Below are positions 40,190 to 54,509 of a stretch of DNA of 64,000 nt, piece by piece. The notes beneath the pieces were generated by a model. The model searched no databases, was not told where the DNA came from, and was given only the letters and a program-made list of their open reading frames with translations. The position numbers and the translations under genes were made by a program. The DNA is from Candidatus Nanopelagicales bacterium (GTDB lineage: Bacteria > Actinomycetota > Actinomycetes > S36-B12 > UBA10799). Numbering within the stretch: the first letter of the stretch is position 1; each line of letters opens with the position of its first letter. Location of the stretch: NCBI GenBank assembly GCA_037046735.1, contig JBAOHC010000020.1:78708-142707 (forward strand), given 5' to 3'.

Positions 40190-41863
40190 TCAGCGATAGG
40201 CGCGGAAACCCCGGCCGGTCTTGCGCCCGAGGTAGCCGGCCTCCACCACCTGCTCGAGCAGGCGAGCCGGGGCGAGCTCAGGCAGGCGGAACTCATTGTG
40301 CAGCACCTGCTCGATGGCCAACGACACGTCGTTGCCGACCACGTCGAGCAGCGCGAATGGACCCAGCGGCAACCCTGCGCCCTTGGTCATCACGGTGTCG
40401 ATCTCCTCCGCGGTCGCGTAGTGCGACTCCAGCAGCAGGACCGCGTCGTTGAGATAAGGGAACAGCAGCGCGTTGACGATGAAGCCGGCCCGGTCGCCGC
40501 ACAACACCGGGTGTTTGCCGAGCTGCTTGCACAGGGCGACCACGGTGGCCGTGACGTCGGCGGCGGTGGTGACCGGGCTGACCACCTCGACCAGTTTCAT
40601 GATCGGCGCCGGGTTGAAGAAGTGCATGCCCACGACGTCCTCGGGACGGCCGGTGACCGCGGCCATCTCGACCACAGGCAACGACGAGGTGGTCGTGGCC
40701 AGAATTGCGCCCGGCTTGCAGATGCGGTCCAGGTCACGGAAGAGATCGAGTTTGATGTCGAGGTTCTCGACGATCGCCTCCACCACCAGGTCGACGTCGC
40801 CGAGCGCTTCCCGCTCGGTCGAACCCGTGAGTCGTCCCAGCACCTCGGCGCGGACCTCTTCGGTCATCTTGCCTTTGGCCACGGCCTTGTCAAGGCTCTT
40901 GGTAACGGCGGCCTGCACTCCGGCCACCTTCGCTTCGCTGCGAGCCACGAACACGACGTCATACCCAGACTTGGCGAATACCTCGACGATGCCGCTGGCC
41001 ATGGTGCCGGTGCCCACAACACCCACGCTGCGGATGTCGCGCAGGGCCGCATCGGCGCTGTCAGCCGTGGCACCTGCAGCTTGCCCGGAGTAGTCGTAGA
41101 AGCCCTTTCCGGTCTTCTCACCGCGTAGTCCGGCGGCAATCATCTGCTTGAGGATCGGGGCGGGTGCGTGAAGCCGTTTTCCGGTGCTGGCGTACAAGGC
41201 ATCGAGAACGTCGTAGGCGGTGTCGAGGCCGATCTTGTCCAGCAGCGCGAGCGGACCGATCGGGTAGCCACAGCCGTACCGCATCGCGGCGTCGATATCG
41301 TCGCGACTGGCATACCCGGCCTCGTACATCGTCACCGCGTGGTTGAGGTATCCGAACAGCAGTCCATCGGCGATGTAGCCCGGCTGCGAGCGGACCACGG
41401 TGGCCGTGCGCCCCAGATCGCTGAGGAAGGCCTGCAGGGTCTCGACGGTGTCGGCGTCTGCGAAGTCCGGCCGGACCAGTTCGACGTGCGTGCGGGCCGG
41501 ATCGTGCGGCATGGACAGGCCCAGTACCCGGTTGGGCCGACCGCTGCTCAGCGCCAGGTCCGTGACGGACAAGGCCGTCGCAGTGGTGACAATGACGGCG
41601 CCCTCGGCAGCAAGACCACCTACCTCGGCGAAGACGGCATGTTTGGGGTCGTGTTTCTCAGGCAGGCACTCAATGATGAGGCTGGCTTCGGCGACGTCTT
41701 TGATGTCCGCGGTGACGGCGACCCCACTGCGTGCCGCGCTCGCCGCAGCGGTGGTTTCGTCCTTCTCGATACCGACAACGACCCAACCCGATTCCTGCGC
41801 CAGACTCGCGATCTGTGCCCCGACCGTGCCCACCCCGACGATTGCCACCGTTTTCTCAGCCAT
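40190..41863 (-). CDS. 3-hydroxyacyl-CoA dehydrogenase family protein with two tandem HCDH modules
   Basis: 693-aa ORF trimmed to ATG 41863 (MAEKTVAIVGVGTVGAQIA); second Rossmann VGVVGTGTMASGI; each followed by the C-terminal HCDH helical domain; ends GRKTGRGFRAY. Confidence 0.8.
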   Translation of the reverse strand: MAEKTVAIVGVGTVGAQIASLAQESGWVVVGIEKDETTAAASAARSGVAVTADIKDVAEASLIIECLPEKHDPKHAVFAEVGGLAAEGAVIVTTATALSVTDLALSSGRPNRVLGLSMPHDPARTHVELVRPDFADADTVETLQAFLSDLGRTATVVRSQPGYIADGLLFGYLNHAVTMYEAGYASRDDIDAAMRYGCGYPIGPLALLDKIGLDTAYDVLDALYASTGKRLHAPAPILKQMIAAGLRGEKTGKGFYDYSGQAAGATADSADAALRDIRSVGVVGTGTMASGIVEVFAKSGYDVVFVARSEAKVAGVQAAVTKSLDKAVAKGKMTEEVRAEVLGRLTGSTEREALGDVDLVVEAIVENLDIKLDLFRDLDRICKPGAILATTTSSLPVVEMAAVTGRPEDVVGMHFFNPAPIMKLVEVVSPVTTAADVTATVVALCKQLGKHPVLCGDRAGFIVNALLFPYLNDAVLLLESHYATAEEIDTVMTKGAGLPLGPFALLDVVGNDVSLAIEQVLHNEFRLPELAPARLLEQVVEAGYLGRKTGRGFRAYR

Positions 41864-41956
41864 ACCGCCCAGTCTGGCAAAGGGGTTTTCGGCCACAATG
41901 AGTGGGTGTGGCACGCCCGACCCCTCTTTGACGAGGACATCCCCGAAGTGTTGACC

Positions 41957-42712
41957 ATGGTCAACGCCTGCGAACTCGCCGATGGCGGTGAGGTGATGCT
42001 GACCGAAGCGGACATCGTGGGCAACCTCGCGGGCGCCGACCGGACCCGGGATGCGTGCGTCATCGTGATGGGGGGCCGCATCGTCGCGTGGGGGCTGATC
42101 TGGACCAAACGCAAAAGGTGGGCCGACGTGCATCCCGACGCCCGCGGTCGGGGGATTGGCACCTGGCTGCTGCGGTGGGCGGCCTGGCGCTCCAAGCAAC
42201 TGGGCGCAGACCGCACCGGGCAGACCATCGACGACACGCGCACCGATGTGGCTGACTGGCTCGCGGGGCACGGTTACACCCCGCGCTACACGTCCTGGGT
42301 GCTCTCAGGCACGGTGCCAGGCGCCACCAGCGCGACTCCTGCTCGGCCTGATGAGTACGAGACCGTACTGGACCTGTTCGAGGAGGCCTTCAGCGAGTTC
42401 TCCGACCGGCCACCGGTGGATCGGGCACGCTGGCTGGCCAGGACGCTGCACCGGCGCGACTTCCGCGCCGAGGATCTGGTCGTCATCCGCGAGGCCGGTG
42501 TGCCGGTCGCGGCGTCCTTCTTCATCGGCGACTGGGTCGACAACATCGCCGTGGCGGCGACCCACCGTCGGCGCGGGCTTGGGCGCGATCTGTTGGCCGG
42601 GCGGGGCCGGGTGGAATTGAACACCGACAGCAACACCGGCGCGCGGGGTTTCTACGAGCGACTCGGGTTCACCGTGGACCGCTCGTTCACCCACTGGGCG
42701 GTGGACCTGTAA
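41957..42712 (+). CDS. GNAT family N-acetyltransferase
   Basis: 514-aa ORF is mostly antisense to the dehydrogenase gene; real start ATG 41957 or GTG 41948; acetyl-CoA motifs HPDARGRGIGTWLL and HRRRGLGRDLL; ...GARGFYERLGF. Confidence 0.7.
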   Translation: MVNACELADGGEVMLTEADIVGNLAGADRTRDACVIVMGGRIVAWGLIWTKRKRWADVHPDARGRGIGTWLLRWAAWRSKQLGADRTGQTIDDTRTDVADWLAGHGYTPRYTSWVLSGTVPGATSATPARPDEYETVLDLFEEAFSEFSDRPPVDRARWLARTLHRRDFRAEDLVVIREAGVPVAASFFIGDWVDNIAVAATHRRRGLGRDLLAGRGRVELNTDSNTGARGFYERLGFTVDRSFTHWAVDL

Positions 42713-42721
42713 GGCCCCGGC

Positions 42722-43393
42722 TCAGAACAGCCGATCCGCCGAGTTGTCGAAACCACGCAGGGCGTCGTAGTCCACGACCAGACAGCGAATCCCGCGGTCC
42801 TCGGCAAGAGTCCGCGCCTGGGGTTTGATCTCCTGAGCGGCGAACACCCCCACGACCGGTGCGAGCAACGGATCGCGGTTGAGCAGGTCCAAGTAGCGGG
42901 TGAGCTGCTCCACCCCGTCGATCTCGCCGCGCCGTTTCACCTCAACGGCCACCGCCGTCCCCGCATCGTCGCGACACAACAGATCCACGGGCCCGATCGC
43001 GGTGGGATACTCCCGACGGATCAACTGCCAGCCATCCCCGAATGTGGCAACCTGCTCTGCCAGCAGTTGCTGCAGATGAGCCTCCACGCCGTCCTTGATC
43101 AGCCCCGGGTCAACCCCCAACATGCCCGACCAGTCGTGCTCCACACCAGCGATCCGGATGATCAGCCGCTCACCGGCCTTGTTGGTCACCTCCCAGAGGA
43201 GGTGCTCGTCGTCCTCGGTCTCGACCAGAGTGCACGGCGGGGTCATCCAGTTCAGCGGCTTGTATGCCCGGTCGTCGGCGTGTACGGACACCGAACCGTC
43301 GGCCTTGAGCAGCAGTAAACGCCGGGCCATCGGCAGATGCGCGCTGAGCCTGCCCACATAGTCGACCTGGCACTCGGCGATGACCAGACGCAT
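42722..43393 (-). CDS. nucS: endonuclease NucS (EndoMS)
   Basis: ATG 43393; 223 aa; [21 protein letters not shown]... and a RecB-like C-terminal half (GPVDLLCRD...AVEVKRRGE). Confidence 0.9.
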   Translation of the reverse strand: MRLVIAECQVDYVGRLSAHLPMARRLLLLKADGSVSVHADDRAYKPLNWMTPPCTLVETEDDEHLLWEVTNKAGERLIIRIAGVEHDWSGMLGVDPGLIKDGVEAHLQQLLAEQVATFGDGWQLIRREYPTAIGPVDLLCRDDAGTAVAVEVKRRGEIDGVEQLTRYLDLLNRDPLLAPVVGVFAAQEIKPQARTLAEDRGIRCLVVDYDALRGFDNSADRLF

Positions 43394-43829
43394 CAGGCGA
43401 CCACCTTGAAGAGGGTCATCAGCGTGGCGACCACGGCTGTGCCCAGAGACCAGAGCAGGGCTCGCGTGCCCACCCACGTGTAGACGAACAGCAGCACCGT
43501 CAGCGCGATCATTGCCGCGGTGACAGCTACCTCCAGCGAGCCACTGACCAGCCATCCCAGAGCCGCTGCGATTACCAGCACGGTGGCCGGCACGAGGCCC
43601 ACCGAGGCGTTCAGGGCCTCCGTGGTCAACGCCGCGCGGTCCACGGAACCAACCATCCGGCGGGTCAGCAGATGGGCCCAGAACCGCGCGATCACCACAC
43701 CGACGGCGGCCACAACACGACGAACGTGAACGCCGACAGCGAGTCGACGTACCCTTTGGCCGTGGCAGCGACGGCCACCGCGAGCAGCGTCAATGAGGCC
43801 GAAATGACTGCCGAGATACGCGTGTTCAC
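43393..43829 (-). pseudogene. hypothetical 4-TM membrane protein, frame interrupted near 43715
   Basis: GTG 43829 (GTGA overlap with the upstream dehydrogenase stop) gives [38 protein letters not shown]. It continues in ORF 43393-43713 ([12 protein letters not shown]...) after a 1-nt gap; the stop overlaps the nucS ATG. Confidence 0.5.
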
Positions 43830-44671
43830 GAGTAGTCGTAGAAGCCCTTACCGGTCTTGCGCCCGAGATCTCCGGCCTGCACCATCCGCCGCAGCAACTC
43901 CGGCGGGTTGAACTTCTCGTCCTGGGTGTCCGCGTAGATGTTCGAGGTGGCGTTGAGCATGATGTCCACGCCCGTCATGTCGGTGGTCGTCAGTGGGCCC
44001 ATGGCGTGGCCGAAACCCAGCCGGCAGGCGATGTCGACATCTTCGGCAGTGGCCACTCCCGACTCGACCAGGGAGATCGCTTCGTTGCTCAGCGCCGTGA
44101 TCAGGCGCGTGGTCACGAACCCGGCCACGTCCCGGTTGACGACGATGACGGTCTTGCCGATCCCCTCGGCGTAGTCGCGTGCCCGTTGCAGGGTCTCGTC
44201 GCTGGTCTTGTAGCCGCGGACCAGCTCACACAGGGCCATCATCGGTACCGGAGAGAAGAAGTGGGTGCCGACAACCATCTCCGGCCGCGATGTGAAGGCG
44301 GCGATGGAGGTGATCGGGATGGCCGAGGTGTTCGTCGCCATCACCACGTCGTCGCCACAGATCGTGTCCAGGCGCGCGAAGATCTCCGCCTTGATGTCGA
44401 TCTTCTCGAAGACGGCCTCCACGATGAACTCCGACTCCCCCACCGCGTCGAGGTCGGTCGTGGTGGTGATGCGATCCAAAGCCAGGTCGACATCGCCGCT
44501 GCTCAGCTTGCCCTTTTGCGCGAACTTCGCCAGCGACTTCTCGATGCCGGCGACCCCGCGCGCCAAACCGTCCTGACTGACGTCCTGCAGGACCACATCG
44601 TGACCCGCCACTGCGGAAACCTGCGCGATTCCCGCACCCATCAGACCTGCGCCCACCACTGCGATTCTCAT
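43826..44671 (-). CDS. hbd: 3-hydroxybutyryl-CoA dehydrogenase
   Basis: 281 aa; MRIAVVGAGLMGAGIA Rossmann, NTSAIPIT, ...GRKTGKGFYDY tail. Confidence 0.85.
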   Translation of the reverse strand: MRIAVVGAGLMGAGIAQVSAVAGHDVVLQDVSQDGLARGVAGIEKSLAKFAQKGKLSSGDVDLALDRITTTTDLDAVGESEFIVEAVFEKIDIKAEIFARLDTICGDDVVMATNTSAIPITSIAAFTSRPEMVVGTHFFSPVPMMALCELVRGYKTSDETLQRARDYAEGIGKTVIVVNRDVAGFVTTRLITALSNEAISLVESGVATAEDVDIACRLGFGHAMGPLTTTDMTGVDIMLNATSNIYADTQDEKFNPPELLRRMVQAGDLGRKTGKGFYDYS

Positions 44672-44767
44672 GGTGTGAGGCTAACTCGCGGCCCCCTGCC
44701 GCAACATGGGTAGGGGCAGCAGACCCGATCAGATGCGCGCGCGAACAGTGAGGCGCACAATGAATCC

Positions 44768-45097
44768 GTGCCTGCCTGGTCCACCTACTCCTACCTCTTC
44801 GGCCCGCTCGTGGCCGCGGGGATCATGGCACTGATCGTGCTGCTGCTGAAGTGGGCGTTCGCCCGCGGCCAGTCACTGGTCGCGGATGAGCCGACACCGG
44901 GTGGCAGCCAGGATTACGGCCTGATGGTGCCCGTGGCCACGGCCGAGGACTACATCCGAGCCGAAATGCAGAAACAGATGCTCATCGCCCACGGGGTGAA
45001 GGTCAATCTCGTGCGTACCACCGACGGACCGCGCCTCATGGTGTGGCGAAAGGACCGGGAACGGGCCGTGGAACTACTCAGTCATCGACCCGGGTGA
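44768..45097 (+). CDS. hypothetical membrane-anchored small protein
   Basis: 109 aa; one N-terminal TM, then a compact alpha/beta-looking domain; 20-nt convergent overlap with the murA end. Confidence 0.45.
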   Translation: MPAWSTYSYLFGPLVAAGIMALIVLLLKWAFARGQSLVADEPTPGGSQDYGLMVPVATAEDYIRAEMQKQMLIAHGVKVNLVRTTDGPRLMVWRKDRERAVELLSHRPG

Positions 45098-46334
45098 TGT
45101 CGGCGCTCAGCGCCTGCAACGACTCGACAAACCCCGAATAGCCCCGATCGATGTGGTGCACCTCATGCACCGTGGTCGTCCCGTCCGCCACCAGCCCGGC
45201 CAGCACCAAGCCGGCACCCGCGCGCACATCGGTGGCTTCCACGGGGGCCCCGGACAGCCGGGAGCGGCCCCGCACCAGCGCATGGTGGCCGTCAGTATGC
45301 ACATCGGCCCCCAGCCGGCCAAGTTCGTGCACAAAGCGGAACCGGGCCTCGAAAAGGTTCTCCGTGACCATCGCGGCGCCCTCGGAGATGGCATTGAGCG
45401 CGATGAACTGCGGCTGCAGATCGGTCGGGAAGCCGGGATAGGGCAGGGTCACGATATCCACCGCTTTCGGCCTACGATCCATGGAAACCCGAAAACCCAC
45501 GGGCAGTTCCTCGATCATGGCCCCACAGCCGACCAACTTGTCCAACGCGATCTCGAGGTGGCCCGGATCGCCCTGGTCGATCGTGATGTCACCCTGGGTC
45601 ATCACCGCAGCGACCGCCCAGGTGCCCGCCACGATCCGGTCGGGGACGGTCCGGTGAGTGACCGGCTGTAAGGCCTCCACCCCCTCGATCTCCAGTGTCG
45701 ACGAGCCGATGCCCTCGATCGTGGCACCCATGGCCACAAGCATCTGGCAGATGTCCACGATCTCCGGTTCCCGCGCAGCATTGTCGATAACCGTGGTGCC
45801 CTTGGCCAGCACCGCGGCCATCAACAGGTTCTCGGTCGCGCCGACACTCGGAAAATCCAGCCAGATCTTGGCACCGTGCAGTTGCGCGGCCTTGGCGATC
45901 AGGAAACCGTGTTCGCTGGTGACCTCTGCGCCCAATCGCGTCAGCCCGTTGACGTGCATGTCCAGACCGCGTGAGCCGATCGCGTCACCGCCGGGCAGGG
46001 CGACATCAGCCTCGCCCACGCGAGCGACCAGCGGCCCGAGCACGCAGATGGAAGCCCGCATCTTGCGCACCAGGTCGTAGTCGGCCTGGTGTCCGGGCTT
46101 GTCGGGCACGTCGATGCGGACAGTCCCACCGCTGACATCCTGGTTGACCTCACAACCCAGCCGGCGCAGCAACTCGGCCATGATCGTCACATCGAGGATG
46201 TCCGGGACTTCAGTGAGGGTGGTGGAGCCTTCGGCCAGGAGCGACGCGGCCATCAACTTGAGGATGCTGTTCTTCGCCCCCGGCACGCGCACCGTGCCCA
46301 CGAGGCGGTTGCCGCCCACCACCTCGAATCTCAC
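45078..46334 (-). CDS. murA: UDP-N-acetylglucosamine 1-carboxyvinyltransferase
   Basis: 418 aa; VPGAKNS, active-site loop ...[12 protein letters not shown]... (Asp in place of Cys, as in other actinobacterial MurA), full-length collinearity. Confidence 0.92.
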   Translation of the reverse strand: MRFEVVGGNRLVGTVRVPGAKNSILKLMAASLLAEGSTTLTEVPDILDVTIMAELLRRLGCEVNQDVSGGTVRIDVPDKPGHQADYDLVRKMRASICVLGPLVARVGEADVALPGGDAIGSRGLDMHVNGLTRLGAEVTSEHGFLIAKAAQLHGAKIWLDFPSVGATENLLMAAVLAKGTTVIDNAAREPEIVDICQMLVAMGATIEGIGSSTLEIEGVEALQPVTHRTVPDRIVAGTWAVAAVMTQGDITIDQGDPGHLEIALDKLVGCGAMIEELPVGFRVSMDRRPKAVDIVTLPYPGFPTDLQPQFIALNAISEGAAMVTENLFEARFRFVHELGRLGADVHTDGHHALVRGRSRLSGAPVEATDVRAGAGLVLAGLVADGTTTVHEVHHIDRGYSGFVESLQALSADITRVDD

Positions 46335-46386
46335 CGGTCAAGAATACGCCGGTTGCACTGGCTCGTGGGGCCAGTTCCGACATGCC

Positions 46387-47088
46387 TCAGATGCGGCCGG
46401 CGCGCCGATGCACCCACGAGGCTGCGATGAATCCCAGCCCATTGATAGCCCAGTGCAGCGCCATGGGCGGCAGCAATGAGTCGGTGTAGAGCCGCAGCAC
46501 GCAGAATACGACCCCGGCGATGGCGGTGCCGAGCACGGTCAGCACTACCGACTGGATTCGACCCCAGATCCCCTGGCCGAGCAGGTCGCCGACGGCGGCA
46601 TTGGCGTCGTGCATGATCAGACTCGGCAGGATGTGCCAGAAGCCGAACAGCACACTGGACAACAGCACGGCTTGCCAGACCGGCACCCACTGGATCAGCA
46701 GCGCCAGTCCCACACCCCGAAAGGCGAGTTCCTCGAAAAGCACCGTCCCCAAGGGCACGTTCACCAGCACTTTGTAGAGCAGGGTCCGCGGACCGAGTAC
46801 TGCGCGGTCGTCGGCGAGGAAGCGTCGGGTGAAGGTCATCGATCCCCCAATGACGTACACACCTGTCACCAAGCCGATACACCCAGCCGACCACAACAGA
46901 CCCCGCACGATGGAATCCGGCGCCAGTCCGATGTCACTGAGCGACACCCCGGCCCGATAACCGACCCAGATGATCAGGACGCTGCCGACGACACCGGTGG
47001 GCACGTACCAGCGCGCAGCGATGTACGGCGAGTGATTCAGGACGTTGACGATGATCAACAGCCCGAGGACGACGAGATCGAGAGTCAC
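46387..47088 (-). CDS. CPBP family intramembrane glutamic endopeptidase
   Basis: Polytopic; EELAFRG and FGFWH motifs. Confidence 0.75.
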   Translation of the reverse strand: MTLDLVVLGLLIIVNVLNHSPYIAARWYVPTGVVGSVLIIWVGYRAGVSLSDIGLAPDSIVRGLLWSAGCIGLVTGVYVIGGSMTFTRRFLADDRAVLGPRTLLYKVLVNVPLGTVLFEELAFRGVGLALLIQWVPVWQAVLLSSVLFGFWHILPSLIMHDANAAVGDLLGQGIWGRIQSVVLTVLGTAIAGVVFCVLRLYTDSLLPPMALHWAINGLGFIAASWVHRRAGRI

Positions 47089-47091
47089 CTG

Positions 47092-49134
47092 TCAGGCAGT
47101 CGGTGACGTCAGACTGCCGCCCGCACTCGTCAAGTCGGAGATCCCCCACTGGCTCAGCTGTCGTTGCAGCGCCTCGGTCGCCCGCTGCAACTGCTCGGCC
47201 TGGACCCGGTCGGTGGCCCATTCCAACTCACGCGCCCGCAGAGCCTTCTCGATGCGCAGCAGCGTCTCCTCGTCGGTGGGCAGGTCGTAGGCCAGGGACG
47301 TGAAGCGGGCCAGGTCGGCGCGGTAGTCATGTCCCCGCGAAACGAAGACCCCGGGCACCACGTCGGTGCTGTTGACCAGGTCCACCCCGACGTTCAGGAA
47401 GGTGCCGACCGGACGCCAGCGGAGCCCGCGCGGCACGCCGGGCTCGCGAGGCTCCTGCAGCCAGGACGGGACGTCGACGGCCAGGCTGGGCGAGAACTTG
47501 GTGATGGGGTCCTCGTGGTGGCTGACCAGAATGATGCGGGCCTTGCTCCGTTGCTCCTCGGGCAGCGCGAGCCACTCCTCGTAACTTGCCACTTCGACCA
47601 ACTCACCGGCGGGATCGGCCTTCTCCTTGTTGACCCGCCAGCGATTGGCCCAACCGCTGCCCGCGGGGGTGCCGATGAACAGGGCTCGTTCGACGCCGGC
47701 CCGTTCGAAACCGTTGGTGCCTTCGTGCAGGAAGGCGTCCTGCATGGTGTGGGCGCCGAGGGACTCCCCGAACACGACAAGTTTGGGGCGCTGGTCCTCG
47801 GGCATGGCCCGAAGCCGCCAGGTCAGGGCATGCAGCATGGCCCGGTTCTGCTCCCGGCCCATGGCCACCCGGTCCAAGGAGATGAATGAGGGCCGCAGAC
47901 TGTACTGCAAAGCGAAGGTGGCACAGTCACCGCCGGTCAGGTACTCCAGCGTCTCCATCATCACGTAGTTCAGGTAGCCCGTTCCGGTCGGCGAGCAGAA
48001 GCACAGCACCTTCCGGTTGAAGGCCCCGAGATCCTCGAGTTCCCGCATCAGGATGTCCACGCGCTCATCCACGAGGGGAGCGGAGGCCAGGCCGACGAAC
48101 GCCCGGATCGGATCGATGGCGGGCTTACCCGTGACCTCACTGATCTCGGCCGCCGGCAGCGCCATGTTCACCACACGGCGGCCTTCTCTGCTCAGCGTTG
48201 CGAAGGAGATCTGGGAACCGGGACCGCCGCTCACGGTGAGCATCGTGGGCTGCTTGTTGTAGGCAGCCTCGATCGCGGCGCCCCCGGTGTCCGCCTGCCG
48301 GTTGACGTACTCCAGCCCGGCCACCCCGGCGGCAGCCACCACGCCAAGGGTGATGAAATGCCCGGCCCAGTTCGCGAACGGGGCCAATGACGGCGATGTC
48401 CGGCTGACCAGATGAGCCAGGGCGTCACTGGCCAAGGACTCCCCAAGGGCGGCGGCGTAGATCCCCGCACTGACACCGGCCCCGAAGACCAGCGACTTGG
48501 CCAGCGACGGCGCCTTCTCGTACTTGGGAGCCCGGGACTCTTCGAACAGGACCGCCTGATCGGACAGCGGCAGCGGGTCATGCGGAGGCGCCAGCAGGTC
48601 GCGCGATCCGGCTCGGCGGTTGCGGGCGGTCAAGCCGACGGCCGCTGCGGTGGCCACCGCCAAGGTCGCGGGGCCGATGAGGTTGCGGTAGTTGCGCCCG
48701 GTGCGGGCCTGCGCGATCTCGGCCGCTCCCAAAACGCTTGAGGCGGCGAGTCCTGTGAATCCCGTCAAGGCCGTGATCCAGGCGGCGCTGCGCAGCGTGG
48801 CACGTTTGATCGGCTCCCCTTCTTGGCGGGGCAGCAGGCGCCAGACGCCCACGCCGGCGAGGGCCGCGGTGGCATGGGCCGTGGCGTGGGCGATGGCCGC
48901 GACACCGGGCCGGGCCAGCCGCTCCTCCCCGACGACGCCAGCAGCCACGGCCTCCACAGCTGAGCCCGTCACGGCCACCAAACCGTAGTTGACAGCGCTG
49001 GTCAGGCCAGTGAGGATGGCCTGCTCGCCCGTACTGCGAGGCAGCAGGCCGGGCTGGTAGGACATCCCGATGCTGGCCATCGAGGCCATCGTCGCGACGC
49101 GGGAGGTGAAACTGATCCGGGGCACATCAAGCAT
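47092..49134 (-). CDS. membrane-anchored alpha/beta hydrolase family protein
   Basis: 680 aa; N-terminal ~280 aa with multiple hydrophobic segments; C-terminal domain with nucleophile elbow VVFGESLGA. Confidence 0.6.
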   Translation of the reverse strand: MLDVPRISFTSRVATMASMASIGMSYQPGLLPRSTGEQAILTGLTSAVNYGLVAVTGSAVEAVAAGVVGEERLARPGVAAIAHATAHATAALAGVGVWRLLPRQEGEPIKRATLRSAAWITALTGFTGLAASSVLGAAEIAQARTGRNYRNLIGPATLAVATAAAVGLTARNRRAGSRDLLAPPHDPLPLSDQAVLFEESRAPKYEKAPSLAKSLVFGAGVSAGIYAAALGESLASDALAHLVSRTSPSLAPFANWAGHFITLGVVAAAGVAGLEYVNRQADTGGAAIEAAYNKQPTMLTVSGGPGSQISFATLSREGRRVVNMALPAAEISEVTGKPAIDPIRAFVGLASAPLVDERVDILMRELEDLGAFNRKVLCFCSPTGTGYLNYVMMETLEYLTGGDCATFALQYSLRPSFISLDRVAMGREQNRAMLHALTWRLRAMPEDQRPKLVVFGESLGAHTMQDAFLHEGTNGFERAGVERALFIGTPAGSGWANRWRVNKEKADPAGELVEVASYEEWLALPEEQRSKARIILVSHHEDPITKFSPSLAVDVPSWLQEPREPGVPRGLRWRPVGTFLNVGVDLVNSTDVVPGVFVSRGHDYRADLARFTSLAYDLPTDEETLLRIEKALRARELEWATDRVQAEQLQRATEALQRQLSQWGISDLTSAGGSLTSPTA

Positions 49135-49163
49135 GTCCCTGATTCTGCCTTAGGCTCAGGAGT

Positions 49164-49727
49164 GTGGTGAACCTGACGCGGATCTACACCCGTACCGGCG
49201 ATGACGGATCAACGTCACTGGGTGACTTCTCCCGCACCATGAAGACCGACGTGCGCCTCGCGGCCTACGCCGATGTGGATGAGGCGAACAGTGCACTCGG
49301 CGTGGTGCTGGCTCTCGGCGCCCCGCCGAACGCTGTGGCCGAAACGCTGACCCGGGTCCAGAACGAGCTCTTCGACGTGGGGGCCGATCTGTGCACGCCC
49401 ACAGGCGGGGACGGGCCGCAATTGCGGGTGACCCAGGAGTACATCGACAGGCTGGAAGCGGACTGCGATCAGTTCAACACAGGTCTGCCGAACCTGCGGT
49501 CGTTCATCCTGCCTGGTGGGACGCCCGCCTCTGCTCTGTTGCACGTCGCCCGCACCGTCACCCGGCGCGCCGAGCGGGCGACCTGGGCCGCGCTGGCAAT
49601 CCATGGCGACTCCATGAGCGAGATGACCGCCCACTACCTCAACCGACTGTCGGACCTACTGTTCATCCTGGCGCGGGTGTGCAACCCGGGTGGAGACGTG
49701 CTGTGGGTGCCCGGCGGGGAGCGGTAA
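49164..49727 (+). CDS. ATP:cob(I)alamin adenosyltransferase, PduO type
   Basis: IYTRTGDDGSTSLGD N-terminus and helical bundle; position relative to atpC equals Rv1314c. Confidence 0.85.
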   Translation: MVNLTRIYTRTGDDGSTSLGDFSRTMKTDVRLAAYADVDEANSALGVVLALGAPPNAVAETLTRVQNELFDVGADLCTPTGGDGPQLRVTQEYIDRLEADCDQFNTGLPNLRSFILPGGTPASALLHVARTVTRRAERATWAALAIHGDSMSEMTAHYLNRLSDLLFILARVCNPGGDVLWVPGGER

Positions 49728-49821
49728 GGGGGTTTCGCCACCCCTGATAGACCTGCTCGGGGCACGACCCGATGGACCCACGTCGCTGCTTCCTGCCCGC
49801 GGTGAGGACCTCAACCTCGCC

Positions 49822-50035
49822 GAGTGCGGCGTTGTTGCGGGGGTGGGCCAGCAACAACCTCACACTCGGCGGGCACCGCGGACCGAGTGCGGCGTTGTTG
49901 TGGGGGTCGGCCAGCAACAACCTCACACTCGGCGGGCACCGCGGACCGAGTGCGGCGTTGTTGCGGGGGTGGGCCAGCAACAACCTCACACTCGGCGAGC
50001 ACCTCTGCCCGACTGCGGCGTTGTTGCGGGGCAAA
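49822..50035. repeat. 63-bp tandem repeat, about 3.4 copies, each unit a hairpin
   Basis: Units start at 49822, 49885, 49948 and (partial) 50011. Unit gagtgcggcgttgttgcgggggtgggccagcaacaacctcacactcggcgggcaccgcggacc contains gttgttgc...gcaacaac (8-bp stem). Confidence 0.85.
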
Positions 50036-50067
50036 CCAGTCGCCCGGTCCCAAACGCCCGCAACTCC

Positions 50068-50445
50068 CTAGTGGTGCGGGCCTACCGCCACCTGCAGACG
50101 ACGTTCGGCCTTGCGAACCTCCGCCTCCGTGCCGGAAGCCCGCGCAGCCTGCAGGTCGTTCTCTGCCTGCCGCACATCTATCTCGCTGGCCAACTCCAAC
50201 CATTCAGCGAGCACAATGACCTTGTCGCCATCTACGGTCACGAAGCCCTCATGCACGTAGGCGCGGATGTCCTCGCCATCGACCGGCCGGATCAGCAACG
50301 GACCATCGGACAGCATCGCCAGCAGGGGTGAGTGCCCCGGCATGATGCCGATCTCGCCACTCAGCGTGCGCATCACCACCAGCGACGCCTCGCCGTCCCA
50401 GACGTGGCGCCGGGTGGAGACCATGTTCACGGACAGGGTGGCCAT
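50068..50445 (-). CDS. atpC: F0F1 ATP synthase subunit epsilon
   Basis: ORF trimmed to ATG 50445, 2 nt after the atpD stop; MATLSVNMVSTRRHVWDGEA... beta-sandwich plus C-terminal helices. Confidence 0.85.
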   Translation of the reverse strand: MATLSVNMVSTRRHVWDGEASLVVMRTLSGEIGIMPGHSPLLAMLSDGPLLIRPVDGEDIRAYVHEGFVTVDGDKVIVLAEWLELASEIDVRQAENDLQAARASGTEAEVRKAERRLQVAVGPHH

Positions 50446-50447
50446 GG

Positions 50448-52843
<2,396 letters not shown>

Positions 52844-52846
52844 GGG

Positions 52847-54481
<1,635 letters not shown>

Positions 54482-54509
54482 GATTGGTGCCTCTCGTACT
54501 AGTTCTTCG

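Noticed and set aside
40190-42712. Mutually overlapping long ORFs 40190-42271 (-) and 41168-42712 (+)
   Set aside because: Each is a real gene (HCDH from 41863; GNAT from about 41957) plus an antisense shadow extension over the other. Only the trimmed versions have homology-like sequence.
49663-50331. ORFs translating the 63-bp repeat into 21-aa peptide repeats
   Set aside because: Both strands are open, the peptides are not protein-like, there is no RBS, and they would overlap the ends of the flanking convergent genes.
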